A stretch of 64,000 bases of DNA from an uncultured Methanosarcinaceae archaeon (GCA_963727895.1 CAVSHT010000008.1:227580-291579), one strand, 5' to 3'. Counted from the first letter of the stretch, positions 1 to 11,692 are shown. The notes: generated from the letters alone by a model not told the origin. Numbers and translations are program-made.

Positions 1-1139
1 TAGAATCAAATAGAGTTACAATTAGTGGATTTAAAATACTGGAAGCAAAAAAAGGTCATTCAGGGATCTATATGTACCAGTGCAAAAACTGCACTATCGA
101 AAATAATAGATTGCTGAATAATACTTATGGAATATATCTGAAAAATTCAGATTACAATATGATCCTTAACAACTTGATTGGAAAAGGCGATAAGGGAATT
201 GTTTCTGAGCAGTCTACATATAACACGATCTCCGGAAACAGAGCTTCAAAAAACAGGTATGGACTCGAAGATTCTAATTCTGAAGGAAATCTAATATCAA
301 ATAATACGCTTTCGGAAAACAACGAATACGGAATCTCACTTTCAACTGACGTAGATACCACTCTCTCAGGAAATAATGCTTCTAGTAATGGTAGGGGCAT
401 CCATCTGGGCAATTCAGATAGTAACAAGATCTTAGACAATACTATTGTTTCAAATAAGGTTTATGGGCTTTTTATCTGTCCAAAAAGTGACAAGAATAGT
501 GTTCTTAATAATTACTTCAATAACAATGTTAATGCTATACCTAACAACGGAACCGGTAATATCTATAATATAGAAAAAATCGCAGACATAAACATTGTCG
601 GTGGGCCTTACCTTGCAGGAAATTACTGGGCAAGTCCTAAAGGTACTGGATTTTCCCAAACCGCAAATGATACAGATGGAGACGGCATTGCTGACGATGT
701 ATATAGGATTAACAGCGAATACGTTGATCGGCTTCCTCTTGTAGTCGCTAAGGTTAAGGATCCAATCCTTCCTGTTGCAAACTTCAGTACTAATACAACT
801 AGTGGTCATCCTCCTCTTTCAGTCCAGTTTACCGATCTTTCTGAAAATGAAATCAATCGGAGCTGGGATTTTGAATACGATGGGGAGATTGATTCTACAG
901 ATAAAAATCCGGTTCATACTTACATGACTCCCGGAATTTATAATGTTACTCTTGCTGCAGGTAACGAAAATGGGACTGCTTCTAAAAATCTAACAATAAC
1001 TGTGATTGAAGGAGATGAGACTGGGGATTCTGGGCAGAATATGATCACGATGCAGAATATGATAAAGAGTTTACCAGGTTTTGAATTGATTTATGGGATA
1101 TTTGGTTTGTTTGCAGTCTACCTTTATAGGAAAAGATAA
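1..1139 (+). CDS. Cell-surface protein with NosD/CASH beta-helix repeats, PKD domain and PGF-CTERM anchor (5'-partial)
   Basis: Frame is open from position 3 (ESNRVTISGFKI...). It has N-x-I-x-x-N/YGIYL repeats, GGPYLAGNYW, the PKD motif PVANF...VQFTDLS...WDF...NPVHTY, and C-terminal LPGFE + TM + RKR. Confidence 0.85.
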   Translation, partial: ESNRVTISGFKILEAKKGHSGIYMYQCKNCTIENNRLLNNTYGIYLKNSDYNMILNNLIGKGDKGIVSEQSTYNTISGNRASKNRYGLEDSNSEGNLISNNTLSENNEYGISLSTDVDTTLSGNNASSNGRGIHLGNSDSNKILDNTIVSNKVYGLFICPKSDKNSVLNNYFNNNVNAIPNNGTGNIYNIEKIADINIVGGPYLAGNYWASPKGTGFSQTANDTDGDGIADDVYRINSEYVDRLPLVVAKVKDPILPVANFSTNTTSGHPPLSVQFTDLSENEINRSWDFEYDGEIDSTDKNPVHTYMTPGIYNVTLAAGNENGTASKNLTITVIEGDETGDSGQNMITMQNMIKSLPGFELIYGIFGLFAVYLYRKR

Positions 1140-1436
1140 AACAATTTGAAAAATGAGTTTTATTAGAACTAAGTATTTCATAAAAAATTGGAAAATGTAC
1201 TTAAAACAATCCCCCTAATTAGAGAACGGTCAAAAAATAAGCAAAGTTAAGGAAGAATGAATTGATTAGAAATGGGAGTGGCGGGTTAATGGGGTCATGG
1301 AAGAGCTTTGAGATATATGCAGAAGAATATGACTCATGTACGAGAAATATAAACCTGCATATATATTGAAAAATCTTGATTCCTGAAAAGTAGCACAAAC
1401 AGGATGGTTTTCAGTGCTTTCTGCTAGAGAACATCT

Positions 1437-1757
1437 TTAAAATCCAGAAAATAAGGATTTATTGATATTTTCTGGCTCGAATTTTCTTGAGTTTTTTTTT
1501 CCGGCATCTACAATTAGCATCAGTTTGGAATAGGCATTTTCTGAGAGTTCATTATCCTGAGTGAGTGAAAAAAGCTTTTTTCCATCAGAATACAGAAAAA
1601 CACCATTCCAGGCTGCAAAATGAGAACCTGCAAGGTATTCACAGGGCAATTCCCACCTTGAGTCCACATTTTCAAAACCTTCAAAGCGGTAAAAAATATT
1701 CCCATTTTTCAGAATCTTTGTAAATTTTAAAAGTACATCAGCCATGATTTCGTCCAA
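1437..1757 (-). CDS. Hypothetical protein
   Basis: 106-aa ORF with natural composition, downstream of fwdD on the same strand. Confidence 0.5.
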   Translation of the reverse strand: MDEIMADVLLKFTKILKNGNIFYRFEGFENVDSRWELPCEYLAGSHFAAWNGVFLYSDGKKLFSLTQDNELSENAYSKLMLIVDAGKKNSRKFEPENINKSLFSGF

Positions 1758-1862
1758 TCTACAGTTAAAAAGTCGTGAAAATGGAAAATAAAAATATTTT
1801 CCGTTTTTTAGGAAACATCTAATACGACTAGGAATTTGTTAACTTTAATGGGAAAGCATTTA

Positions 1863-2258
1863 TTACATAATTTCAGTAACTTTTTCCCCTTTTGCACTTG
1901 TAACAGTTATGGAAATATCTTTGAATTTAGGTACCCCTGTACCTCCAGTTTCGTCGGAAACCAGAATATTAGACCAGGGACTTTTGGGCATATAAGCGAT
2001 ACCTCTATGAGGAATATCATATTCAGATTCCTCAGCCTTTACCACGACTTTTCCAAAGGAATTTTTTAAAATTACAGTATCGCCTTTTTTCACGTTCAAC
2101 TGTTTGAGATCTGCAGAGTCCAGCTTTATGACTGCAGATAAATCTTTATATTTTTCTCCAAAGCGGTTTTCCAGCATAGCTTTATCCTGAAAGATATTCC
2201 TGTAAGTTATGACCTTGACTTTTATTTCAGGAGATGTAAGAAAAGATCCGAAATCCAT
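1863..2258 (-). CDS. fwdD: Formylmethanofuran dehydrogenase subunit D (molybdopterin dinucleotide-binding)
   Basis: ITYRNIFQ...GDTVILKNSFGKVVVKA...GIAYMPKSPWSN...TGGTGVPKFK; overlaps the stop of fwdB. Confidence 0.85.
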   Translation of the reverse strand: MDFGSFLTSPEIKVKVITYRNIFQDKAMLENRFGEKYKDLSAVIKLDSADLKQLNVKKGDTVILKNSFGKVVVKAEESEYDIPHRGIAYMPKSPWSNILVSDETGGTGVPKFKDISITVTSAKGEKVTEIM

Positions 2259-3506
2259 CAGAGGACCTCCATTATTTTCTTAAGAACTTCTTCCTCAGAC
2301 GGGTAATTTGTCTCAATAACAGACTCAAAATTCACTTTAACCCCGTCCATGCGTATGGCACTTCCCCCTGAATCTACTCCACTTATTGCGCTATTGATGT
2401 AAATTTTTGCATGCTTTGATGTCATAGTTTCACAATGATCCACAGAGATAACAGGAATCTCCAGCATGTTCTTTGCAATAGATCCTGGAAGGATTAAAAG
2501 AGGATCAGAACCGATTATAAGAGCTGCATCCACCGTTTTTGCTTTAAGAGATTCAACAATTGAGTATTCGGGTCCATGCTTTACAGTTCCGTTTTCGAAC
2601 TTTATGCTGTTTACATATCCTGTTTCTGCAAAAAGGTTTTTATTAAAGCCCAATGTATTACAATTTCTTATCATTGGTATTAAGTGGAAATTTGCTTTTT
2701 CATTCAGGATTTTCATAAGCTTGAAAAGGGGTTCAAGGTCTTCAAGCGAGTAAATAAGCCCGCTTCCTGCAAAAATCACTCCGAACTTTGCCCCTTTGAT
2801 AATGTTTGCCAGCTCAAGGAGTTTCTTAAGAGGGTAATTATAGGAGGTTTTTGGAAGCTTTCCTGAAATCCCTGCAATCAGGGCATCTATAAATTCTGCA
2901 TCTCCTTTTGGAGGAATCTGGAAGAAATAGTTCCCGCAGATCTTTGCAGTATGAGACTTTCGGACATCGATTGCAATTGCTGTCCTTTCTTCTTCCCAGC
3001 CTCTCTGCTTTTCGCTTCCTCGTGGGAAATAAGAATACTTTGAAAGCTGGCGAGGATGAGAGTCCGATGGATCTGTCCCCCAATATATGATAACATCAGC
3101 TTTATTTCTTACATCGTCAAGAGTGCAGGTTTTAAGTTTATCCTGAATGAGAGCTTCAACCAAAGAGCCCAGACAGAAAGAGGAGGTATCGTCTAGAGTA
3201 GCGTTGATTTTCTTTGCAAGCTCAATTGCTATTTTTTGGGTTTCATTGGTAGAAGTTCCAAGCCCGAAGATCAGAGGATTTTTGGCGTTTTTAAGGATTG
3301 ATGCAGCCTCATTGATTGCAGTTGCCTCATCTACAGGATTATTATCAACCCGGAAGTTTACTTCGCCCTTTCTTGTCCTCTTTCATATGGGCTACCCCTA
3401 CTCTGCAGGCTGTATAAACTTTATTTACTACGTTCTTTTCGGACTCAACCTCAATATCGTCACAAAGGAGTCCGCAGCCTGTACATACATGATAGTTGTT
3501 CTCCAT
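2258..3506 (-). CDS. fwdB: Formylmethanofuran dehydrogenase subunit B, with a +1 frameshift near 3368 (error or pseudogene)
   Basis: ATG at 3506 gives MENNYHVCTGCGLLCDDI...ACRVG. Removing one G from AAAGGG joins it to ...KNPLIFG...DDTSSFCLG...ADVIIYWGTDPSDSHPR...GSAIRMDGV. Confidence 0.85.
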
Positions 3507-3516
3507 ATCCGCTTCC

Positions 3517-3981
3517 TCACACAAACTCGATTGCCTCTACAGGGCAGGTTACTATACAGCCATTACAGAGAATTTTGTTTTTTCCGAAACGACGACATTC
3601 CCCTAAGTTCTGAGCTTTTACAATGCCGTCTTCTACGGTCAGGACCAGCTTATTAACATTCTTGGGGGCATTTCCCGAGCCTACTCCATGGGGATCATTT
3701 GCTACATTAGGAGGACAGGCAACCACACAGTTTCCGCAGCCAAAACACAGATCTTCATGCACTATAAGCCCTGTTTCGGTTGCGCCTTCAGACGGTTTGA
3801 AAAGTTCGTTTATCTTTTCATAATTTTCTTTATACTTTGATTCTTCCTTGAGGGGTGGACAGTCTTCGGGTATGAGCTCGTGGGCCATGAGCGCTACTGC
3901 AAACGCCATACAGGAAGTTTTTCCGCATTTTTTGCAGTTCGTCTTTGGAAGCATCTGATAGAGTTCCATTGCATTTGTCAT
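3517..3981 (-). CDS. fwdG: FwdG-like ferredoxin with an N-terminal Fe-S domain
   Basis: LPKTNCKKCGKTSCMAFA...CP, CFGCGNCVVACP and CNGCIVTCP; first gene of a G-B-D operon. Confidence 0.8.
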   Translation of the reverse strand: MTNAMELYQMLPKTNCKKCGKTSCMAFAVALMAHELIPEDCPPLKEESKYKENYEKINELFKPSEGATETGLIVHEDLCFGCGNCVVACPPNVANDPHGVGSGNAPKNVNKLVLTVEDGIVKAQNLGECRRFGKNKILCNGCIVTCPVEAIEFV

Positions 3982-4354
3982 TATAGATCACCCTTGAGTC
4001 AAATTTTTAAGTCAGTTTTCATTAAAGAGTATGCAGGTCAAATATATTATTAAAAAGCAAAATTAAGCGTACCACTGAAAACGATACCAAATAACTTTTA
4101 ATCAAATATATTTAAGTAATCGTCCTTAAACTCTCGCTTTTTAGTTTTCAGTGTTATTTTCAGGTTGCAGTGGTAAATGTCTTGCAAGTCTTTTTGATAA
4201 GGCTAGTATTAAGATTTTGTTACCGGTAAGCACGAAGCTCTTGTTTTTGCAGCTTACAATACTGAAAAGTCTTGCAAATCAATTACCTGTCTATTAATTT
4301 TCTGGATATCAGAAACAAACTAATTAAATCTCTTTAAAGGAAAAACGGATAAAA

Positions 4355-4645
4355 TTAATTCAATTCTTTATCTTTGAAGAAAAGTTCGCAGTGGCAGTTT
4401 CCGTCTCTTTCAACTTCTTCTTTATGGTAAATGCAGGGACATACGATCTTCCTATCTTCCTTTTCGTCTCCAGTGACTATTCTGCAGGGACAATATCGCT
4501 TTCCAAATTTCTCAAGCTTAACTGTAAGTCCATCAAGCACATAGTCAAGAGCTTCTTTATCTGGGTTAAGCCTGTAACCTGCTTTGTCTGCATATTTCTG
4601 AGTCCACTCATACATTTTTTGTTTTAATTCGTTATGATCAGCCAT
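4355..4645 (-). CDS. Ferredoxin:thioredoxin reductase catalytic (beta)-like subunit
   Basis: YCPCR...VCPC...GNCHCELF motif set. Confidence 0.9.
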   Translation of the reverse strand: MADHNELKQKMYEWTQKYADKAGYRLNPDKEALDYVLDGLTVKLEKFGKRYCPCRIVTGDEKEDRKIVCPCIYHKEEVERDGNCHCELFFKDKELN

Positions 4646-5717
4646 ATAAAGAACTCCTTCACTTTAAATTGAAGAAATCCTGAACCTGGATGAGAAGAAA
4701 CATGTGGATCCTATGTGAATCCTATGTGCATCTACATGAGCCATTTATGGAACAGGATATTAAGTATACTAGAATCAGGTATACTGAAGATTTATAATTT
4801 GTATGAAGCACTTATGGGGAATAACCTGAGTATTTGGCATAAACTTCATTTAGAACATTATTAACTTTTAATTTTGTTAAGTTATTTATAGAAACAACTT
4901 GTCCTGCAAGAATTTAGTGATTCAGCACAGTATTACTAATATGTATAACTAATATTTCTTACTCATGTCCATATGATCAATTAATCTTGTTCACACTAAT
5001 ACACTCAATTTTATCCCACCAGTGCCTATATTTTTTATTACGATTTCTCTTAAATTCTTCGTTTGAAATTGGTTTCTTAATTACGAACTAAGGTCTCAAA
5101 CTATAAATCAATTAGTTAAGCGTAGATAATAAGACCTGCTTCAATAATAAGACATAATTAATGATGTTAAGTTTTTATTCATTAGGTTTCAGTCAAATTG
5201 TGTATACGGCAAAGTGAGTCAATATCCTGAGGTTAAACTATAAAGTTAAATTTCGATTAATTCTTTGACTTGGAACGATACGAAAGTTTATATTTATAAA
5301 TATAAATTGTAATATATAAATAAACTGTTAAGCATTGGCAAGTAATTAAACTGTGGAATTTTAGTCCTTAGTCCAATTTCGACAAATTTGGAAAATCCTT
5401 ATGAAATAAAGGTTTTGATTTTGTACAAAACAACTATGTTTTTATTTAGTTCAAAAGAAAAAGTATAGGGATATGTAAAGGTAATAGGTTAATAAATTCG
5501 TCATAAAACGGTTTCAGTTTAAAAAAGTCTTTGTTGATCAGCTCTACCAACCTGACTTTTCTATATGACAAAGTTCTCTTAGTATATACAGTTCTGAGTG
5601 ATATGTTTCAGGAGTTCATTGAACTTATAACTTTCAAGTTATATATTATATGTTAAAACTGAATCACGATCTAAGTTAATATTCAACACTAAAAACACAT
5701 ATATGGAGTTATCAATT

Positions 5718-8096
5718 ATGCGAATCGGAGTCTATGTTTGCCACTGTGGGCTGAATATCGCGGGAGTAATAGATGTATCAGCTCTTCAGGAAATGGCATC
5801 TAAACTGGAAGATGTGGTGCTCGCCCGGGAAGTACAGTTTTTATGTTCCGATTCCGGACAGGAAGGCATCATTAAAGATATAAAAGAAAACAAAATCGAT
5901 AGGGTCGTAATAGCTGCATGTTCCCCAAGGCTGCACGAAAAAACCTTCAGACACGTGATGGAAAAAGCCGGATTGAACCCTTACTTAATGGAAATGGTAA
6001 ACATAAGAGAACAGTGCTCCTGGGTGCACGCCGATGACCCCCAGATGGCTACTCAGAAAGCCTTTGATCTCATAAGGATGGGAGTTGCAAAGGCAAAATT
6101 CCTCAGAGAACTGAGTGCAACAAGTTCCAAAGCCAGCAGAAATGTCCTTGTCATAGGAGGAGGAGTTGCCGGAATTGAAGCAGCCTTGAATCTTGCAGAA
6201 GCCGGTTTTCCAGTCACAATGGTGGAAAGGGAATCCACAATTGGAGGAAAAATGGCTCTGATGAATGAGGTATTTCCTACAAATGATTGCTCAATCTGTG
6301 TGCTTGCCCCTAAAATGACAGAAGTTCAAAACCATCCGAATATTACCCTCTACACTTATTCTGAGGTTACCGATATTTCCGGGTCTGTCGGTAAATTCCA
6401 TGTAACAGTCAAACGTAAACCCAGGTTCATAATTGAAGACAAATGCAAAGGCTGTGTTGACCTTTGCTCTGCAGTCTGTCCCGTAGAAATCGAGAATCCT
6501 ATGAATTACGGGGTTGGAAAGACCAGAGCCATATATATGCCAATCCCTCAGTCCGTTCCGCAGGTAGTGCTCATAGACCCTGATCACTGTGTCGGCTGCG
6601 GGCTGTGTTTACAGGCTTGCCCTGCCGATGCTGTGGATTACGAGCAAAAACCTGAAGAAATTGAATTTGAAGCTGGAGCAGTTATTGTTTCAACAGGTTA
6701 CCAGCTCTTTGATGCATCCAGGAAAAAGGAGTACGGGTTTGGTAAATATCCTGATGTTATAACAAATATGCAGCTTGAGCGCATGCTTAACTCTGCAGGG
6801 CCTACAGGCGGAAGAGTCCTTGTGCCTTCCACAGGCAAACCCCCAAAAAGTGTTGCATTTATCCAGTGTGTCGGGTCAAGGGATAAAACCGTTGGCAATG
6901 AATACTGCTCAAGAGTTTGCTGCATGGCTGCACTTAAGAATTCCCAGATGGTTAAGGAACGCTATCCTGATACTGAGATCACAATTCATTACATCGATAT
7001 CCGGGCCGCAGGGGAGATGTACGAGGAATATTATATAAGGACACAGGCTATGGGTGTTGATTTCATACGGGGAAAAGTTGCCGAAATTTACGCAGGTGAA
7101 GACGGAAGACCTGTACTCCGTTATGAAAACACTCTGGAATCCCAGGTAGAAGAAGAGGCATGTGACCTTGCTGTGCTTTCAACCGGTTACGAGCCCAGTA
7201 AAGCAGCAGAAGGAATAGGCAGGATGTTAAATCTTGCCAGAAGACCGGACAGATTCTTTGCAAGTGCCCATCCAAAAATGCGCCCTGTAGATGCTCCGGT
7301 CAGCGGTGTTTTCCTTGCAGGATGTGCTTCAGGACCTAAAGAGATTCAGGTCTCGATTGCCCAGGGAAGTGCGTGCGCATCCAAAGTTATGCAACTCCTC
7401 GGGACGGGAGAACTTGAAGCTGATCCGATGGGAGCCCATGTAGATCCAGAAAAATGCATAGGGTGCAGGACCTGTCTTGAAGTCTGTAAATTCGGGAAAA
7501 TCAAAATGGAAAATAAAAAAGCTGTAGTCGACGAGGTTTCATGTTACGGCTGCGGAGATTGCAGTGCTGCATGCCCTGAAGGAGCAATCCAGATGCGAAA
7601 CTTCGAAAACGAACAGCTTCTTGCCCAGGTAAGGGAAGCAACTGCTCACAAGTCACAGAGTCCTTTCGTAGTGGCTTTCCTCTGCAACTGGTGCAGTTAT
7701 GCCTGCGCAGATCTGACCGGGATGTCAAGACTACATTACCCAACAAACATCAGGGTTATCCGTACAATGTGCTCGGCAAGAGTAAATCCGGAATTTGTGC
7801 TTGAAGCCTTAAAAGGCGGAGCTGATGGAGTTCTTGTTGCTGGCTGCAGGATGGACGAGTGCCACTACATTCACGGGAATTTTGATGCAAAACAGAGGAT
7901 GGATGTCTTAAAGGAAATTATAAAGGAAATCGGGCTTGATCCTAGACGGCTGAGGACTCTCTGGATCTCGGCTGCCGAAGGAGAACGTTTCTCAAACACG
8001 ATTACCGAATTTGTAAAGGAACTTGAAGAAATCGGACCCATAGGAACGGAGCTTAAGCTTGACGAAACCGGAACCGAACTTGAGGAGGTGGCATAA
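5718..8096 (+). CDS. hdrA: Heterodisulfide reductase subunit A fused to an MvhD domain (HdrA2 type)
   Basis: MRIGVYVCHCG, ACSPRLHE, VIGGGVAG FAD site, IQCVGSRD...YCSRVCC, and C-terminal MvhD FLCNWCSYA...MCSARV...GCRMDECHY. GGAG precedes ATG 5718. Confidence 0.95.
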   Translation: MRIGVYVCHCGLNIAGVIDVSALQEMASKLEDVVLAREVQFLCSDSGQEGIIKDIKENKIDRVVIAACSPRLHEKTFRHVMEKAGLNPYLMEMVNIREQCSWVHADDPQMATQKAFDLIRMGVAKAKFLRELSATSSKASRNVLVIGGGVAGIEAALNLAEAGFPVTMVERESTIGGKMALMNEVFPTNDCSICVLAPKMTEVQNHPNITLYTYSEVTDISGSVGKFHVTVKRKPRFIIEDKCKGCVDLCSAVCPVEIENPMNYGVGKTRAIYMPIPQSVPQVVLIDPDHCVGCGLCLQACPADAVDYEQKPEEIEFEAGAVIVSTGYQLFDASRKKEYGFGKYPDVITNMQLERMLNSAGPTGGRVLVPSTGKPPKSVAFIQCVGSRDKTVGNEYCSRVCCMAALKNSQMVKERYPDTEITIHYIDIRAAGEMYEEYYIRTQAMGVDFIRGKVAEIYAGEDGRPVLRYENTLESQVEEEACDLAVLSTGYEPSKAAEGIGRMLNLARRPDRFFASAHPKMRPVDAPVSGVFLAGCASGPKEIQVSIAQGSACASKVMQLLGTGELEADPMGAHVDPEKCIGCRTCLEVCKFGKIKMENKKAVVDEVSCYGCGDCSAACPEGAIQMRNFENEQLLAQVREATAHKSQSPFVVAFLCNWCSYACADLTGMSRLHYPTNIRVIRTMCSARVNPEFVLEALKGGADGVLVAGCRMDECHYIHGNFDAKQRMDVLKEIIKEIGLDPRRLRTLWISAAEGERFSNTITEFVKELEEIGPIGTELKLDETGTELEEVA

Positions 8097-9554
8097 TGAG
8101 TGAGGAACACACCGAACAGGAAACTCATGTTTGCAGGGGCTGTTGCGGGACTGATGAAAATGAAGTTCCAGATTCTGAGGTCGGATTTGAAGCAGAGGAA
8201 TTCGAAGCCGAAGATCTCGAAGCTGAAGCTCCCGAAACTGCTAAGGGTGAAGCCCCAGGAAAAAATCACGGTTACCACCAGCATGGATATTCAGGGATCC
8301 CATTTTCTCTATACTCAGACTACTGAAAAATCCATCAAAACTCTGGATTATGATTACAAACGCTGTAATGGCTGTGGGATCTGTGCAGAAATATGTCCCA
8401 CAAAAGCTCTTGAAATGGGTCCACTTCATGAGATTGCAACAGGGCTTGATGCGCCTGCGGTAATGATGGACCTTGATAAATGCACTTTCTGCAGAATGTG
8501 TTCAAATCTCTGCCCTGTACATGCTATTACTTTTGAGTCTGTGGGAGAAGTTCCTGATGAAAAACAGTATCCTAAGTATGATACTTTTGTTAAGATCAAC
8601 GAAAAGTGTCTCCCCTGTGCACTATGTGAAGGAGCCTGCCCTCAGGATGCAATAGAAGTTGAGTTCACCTTTCCGAAAAAAGAAGAGATTGCGCCTTTAA
8701 AGGAAGGGGCAGAAGGCGAGATCGAAATTGACACAGAAAAGTGTAATTTCTGTGGTATATGTGCTCGGTTCTGTGATGCCTTCATCCTGCTTGAGCGTGA
8801 ACCCACGCCTGATAATCTCGTGCCTTTTGAGCAGATTCTTGTGGATGAGGATAAATGCGATTATTGTGTACTCTGTCAGGATCTCTGTCCTGAAGAAGCA
8901 ATAAAGGTAAAAGGGGAACGTCCCTGCGAAGCTCCGAAAGTTGAAGGAAATGTTAAGGTCGACGAGCTGAAGTGTACTCAGTGTGCTCGCTGTAAGACTG
9001 TCTGTCCTTATGAAGCCATAGACCTGCAAAAGCCTATGGAAGGAGAATTGAACCTTATTGAAACTAACCTGAAGGAATGTGATCCTCAGGGCTGTCGCGG
9101 TTGTTTTAATGTTTGTCCTTCCAACCTCTGGTATGTGCCTACAGATCCTGAAGATCCGAGAAAAATTGCTTTTGCAGAAGATTTCTGTACCTATTGCGGA
9201 GCCTGCGTGAAAGCATGTCACCTGGACGCTATCGAAGTGGAAAGGACCGATGTTCACCACACTGAAATTCCTGATACTCCCTGGGCTGCACAGTGGAGGG
9301 ATGCAATCGAGTCCCTGAAAACAGGAGTACGAAAAGGAGTTGACCGTGCAGTAGCAAGGGAAACCGAGACTCTTAAGGCCCAGAAATTCATGGGTATAGA
9401 GCCCCCAGATGTTGATGAGATAATGCTTGCAGCCGTTCAGGAAAAGCTCGAGGCTTTAATGCCAGTCCTCCGAAGTGCTAAAGTCAGGAAACTCTGGGAA
9501 ACCGATTCTCCGCAAAATGCAGCTGCAGTCGTAAAAAAGAAAATTGAAGGGTGA
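8096..9554 (+). CDS. Polyferredoxin (partner of HdrA2), with a probable +1 frameshift near 8245
   Basis: Many CxxCxxCxxxCP motifs. The ATG overlaps the hdrA stop (TAATG) and gives an acidic N-terminus; deleting one G in AAGGGTG fuses it to VKPQEKITV. Confidence 0.88.
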
Positions 9555-9963
9555 AGAATAGAAACAAGATAAGAGTGAGAATAAAAATAAATACTCCCAT
9601 ATTATTAAATCATTTTTGTTATTGGAAAAGACCTCAACAGAAAAGCCTAAAATCTTAATTAATATACATGCGTCTTCGGTTAAGTGAGGAATCATGATAA
9701 ATTGCCTCCATTCACACAACAGTTGTTATAAATTTTAACATATTGTGGACTGGAACAAGGTATCAATTTCATGTAAAAGGTTCAAAGTTTAATCGGAATT
9801 AAGGAGCAAAATCGATAGCTTTCAGGCAAGAAAATCCCTTAACCGATGACCAATGAATTAATATATTGTTTGAGGTCTGTCTATTTTAAATTAATAAACT
9901 CATAAACTTATTATCTTGAAAAAGTACTTACTCTTCAATATTTCTTAAAAATTGGTGATAAAC

Positions 9964-10179
9964 ATGCAGGAGAACATGAACTTAAAAATAGGAGAAGCTG
10001 CAGGAGTGCTGTATCGCAAGCTGGAAGAAGGTGAATGCAGCTTGAACCAGGTAAAGATTCACCTGAGTGCCAATGGCTTTGATTCTCAAATGACTTTGAT
10101 GTCTATTGGATGGCTTGCCAGGGAGGACAAGATCAGCCTTGATAAAGAATCCAATCGCTGGTATCTTCGATTAAAGTAA
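9964..10179 (+). CDS. Small winged-helix protein (DUF2582-like)
   Basis: KIGEAAGVLYRKL...MSIGWLAREDKI signature. Confidence 0.75.
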   Translation: MQENMNLKIGEAAGVLYRKLEEGECSLNQVKIHLSANGFDSQMTLMSIGWLAREDKISLDKESNRWYLRLK

Positions 10180-10236
10180 CTCTTTTGAATTTTTAGATTT
10201 TTGTTGTACACAAAATGATCTTCCATTATATTTTCT

Positions 10237-10728
10237 TTAGCTTGCTTTTCCTTCAGGGCTCTTTTTTTCTCTTACAACCATAAAAGGCACTTTTGAGTGA
10301 CGGATAACATTTTCGGCAACGCTGCCTAAAAGTAGCCGCTCAATTCTTGTCCTGCCAAGAGTACCCATAACAATGAGATCCATTTCTTCTTCTTCTTCAG
10401 CGTATCGGATTATTTCAGAAGCAGGGTGACCTTCAAGCAAGATAGATTTTACATTGACATTTTCCAGCTTTCCTGTTTCTTTTACATAATCTAAAGCTTT
10501 TCATCCTTCTCTCTTCAGTTCTTCGCTCATCTTTTCCCAGTAAAAATATACAGCCATCGAAGAAAAATATTCAGTGGATACTACATAAACTGCGTAAACT
10601 GTTCCTCCACTTAACCTGGCAAGTTCTATCCCTTTATTGGCAGCAACCCTTGAGCAAACCGAGCCGTCAGTTGCAATCATTATTTTCTTAAAAGTATCGT
10701 TCTCTATACAGGACTCCCACTTATTCAT
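10237..10728 (-). pseudogene. Universal stress protein interrupted by an in-frame TGA (10501-10503)
   Basis: FKKIMIATDGS N-half and LEGHPASEII...DLIVMGTLGRT...LLGSVAENVIRHS C-half are in the same frame across the TGA. Confidence 0.85.
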
Positions 10729-10937
10729 TCACCTGTTAGAAATATAACGCCATCGGATAATCTTATCAGATTTCAGAAAGTGAAGATGCCAGGTGCTATT
10801 TTCACCTTATGTATACTATATGTACATTAAAATTTCATGCTCATATGTAAGTTTAGAAAATAGATGCAGAGTTAACTCAATGTGCTCTAAGAAGAAATAT
10901 CAACCAGCTAAAAGTGTACGACTTAAATTTGCTTGTA

Positions 10938-11288
10938 TCAAGTAAATAAAGCAATATATGTTCCTAATGTAAAATTTACTAACCATAAAACTAAAAGAAC
11001 ACGCATGTTAACTTTAGTTTTCCATCTTCTTTTGATTTTCCAGCTTCTCCTATTAATCATAACTACAAACCCAAGAACTAAAATTACAAGTCCTATAACA
11101 GAATGAATTAAAATTATAGGAGAAACTGTTTGCGAGATTATGGCATCATATGTGAAATTAATCATATACGGAACGGACAAGATTACTAGCAAATATCCTA
11201 ATGTAGATACCACATCGTGTTTGTTTAATTTTCCCTTACTTAATTTACCTGTTCTTAATATGATAAAACCGATAATAACAAGGATCAA
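10938..11288 (-). CDS. Small 4-TM membrane protein (DUF420-like), start uncertain
   Basis: Hydrophobic helices with KH and IHS motifs; the reading frame extends upstream to about 11350. Confidence 0.5.
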   Translation of the reverse strand: MILVIIGFIILRTGKLSKGKLNKHDVVSTLGYLLVILSVPYMINFTYDAIISQTVSPIILIHSVIGLVILVLGFVVMINRRSWKIKRRWKTKVNMRVLLVLWLVNFTLGTYIALFT

Positions 11289-11455
11289 GGCTATTTTTTG
11301 TAAATCAAATGAAATTGATATAAATTCGTCCGTATCTATACCTGATATTCATGCCGCCTCCATATAAAATAAATTATAAGTAATAAAAATAATTGTAATT
11401 ATAAAAATTGCTTAATGATATAAGCACAGTTTTGTATCTCAGTTTTTTCTCCATT

Positions 11456-11692
11456 TCAATAGGTTTTTCCATATTTCAGTACATCTTGAACTTTTTTCAA
11501 GTTAGCTATCATCTTCTTCTTCATTTCAATAGTATTTTCCATATCTTTAATTCTCTTTTCAAAAAATAATATTTTCATGTCTATGTACATAACTGCAAGT
11601 TCCTTTTTTTGTTCTGCAGTTAATTCTTTTAACACATCAATAGGTAACCTACAACTCCCTGAAGTGTGTTCCATTGTTTGTTCTTCGTGCAT
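11456..11692 (-). CDS. Hypothetical coiled-coil protein
   Basis: 78-aa ORF preceded by an AGGAGG ribosome-binding site. Confidence 0.6.
   Translation of the reverse strand: MHEEQTMEHTSGSCRLPIDVLKELTAEQKKELAVMYIDMKILFFEKRIKDMENTIEMKKKMIANLKKVQDVLKYGKTY

Noticed and set aside
3147..3656. 169-aa plus-strand ORF and the many other antisense ORFs over hdrA, nrdJ, glyA, purD and the ABC genes
   Set aside because: Shadow frames of well-supported genes on the opposite strand, with no recognisable motifs.
4700..4742. Three degenerate 12-bp tandem units (ATGTG.ATCCT) upstream of the FTR-like gene
   Set aside because: Too short and degenerate to call an operator; short tandem duplications are common in this window (also about 37430 and 47310).
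8100..8245. GTG-started basic N-terminus of the 484-aa polyferredoxin ORF, and a separate 76-aa ORF at 8096
   Set aside because: Better explained as one gene starting at ATG 8096 with a single extra G.
10501..10503. In-frame TGA in the USP gene as selenocysteine
   Set aside because: Methanosarcina are not known to use Sec, the position is not a catalytic Cys site, and no SECIS is evident; a simple nonsense mutation is more likely.
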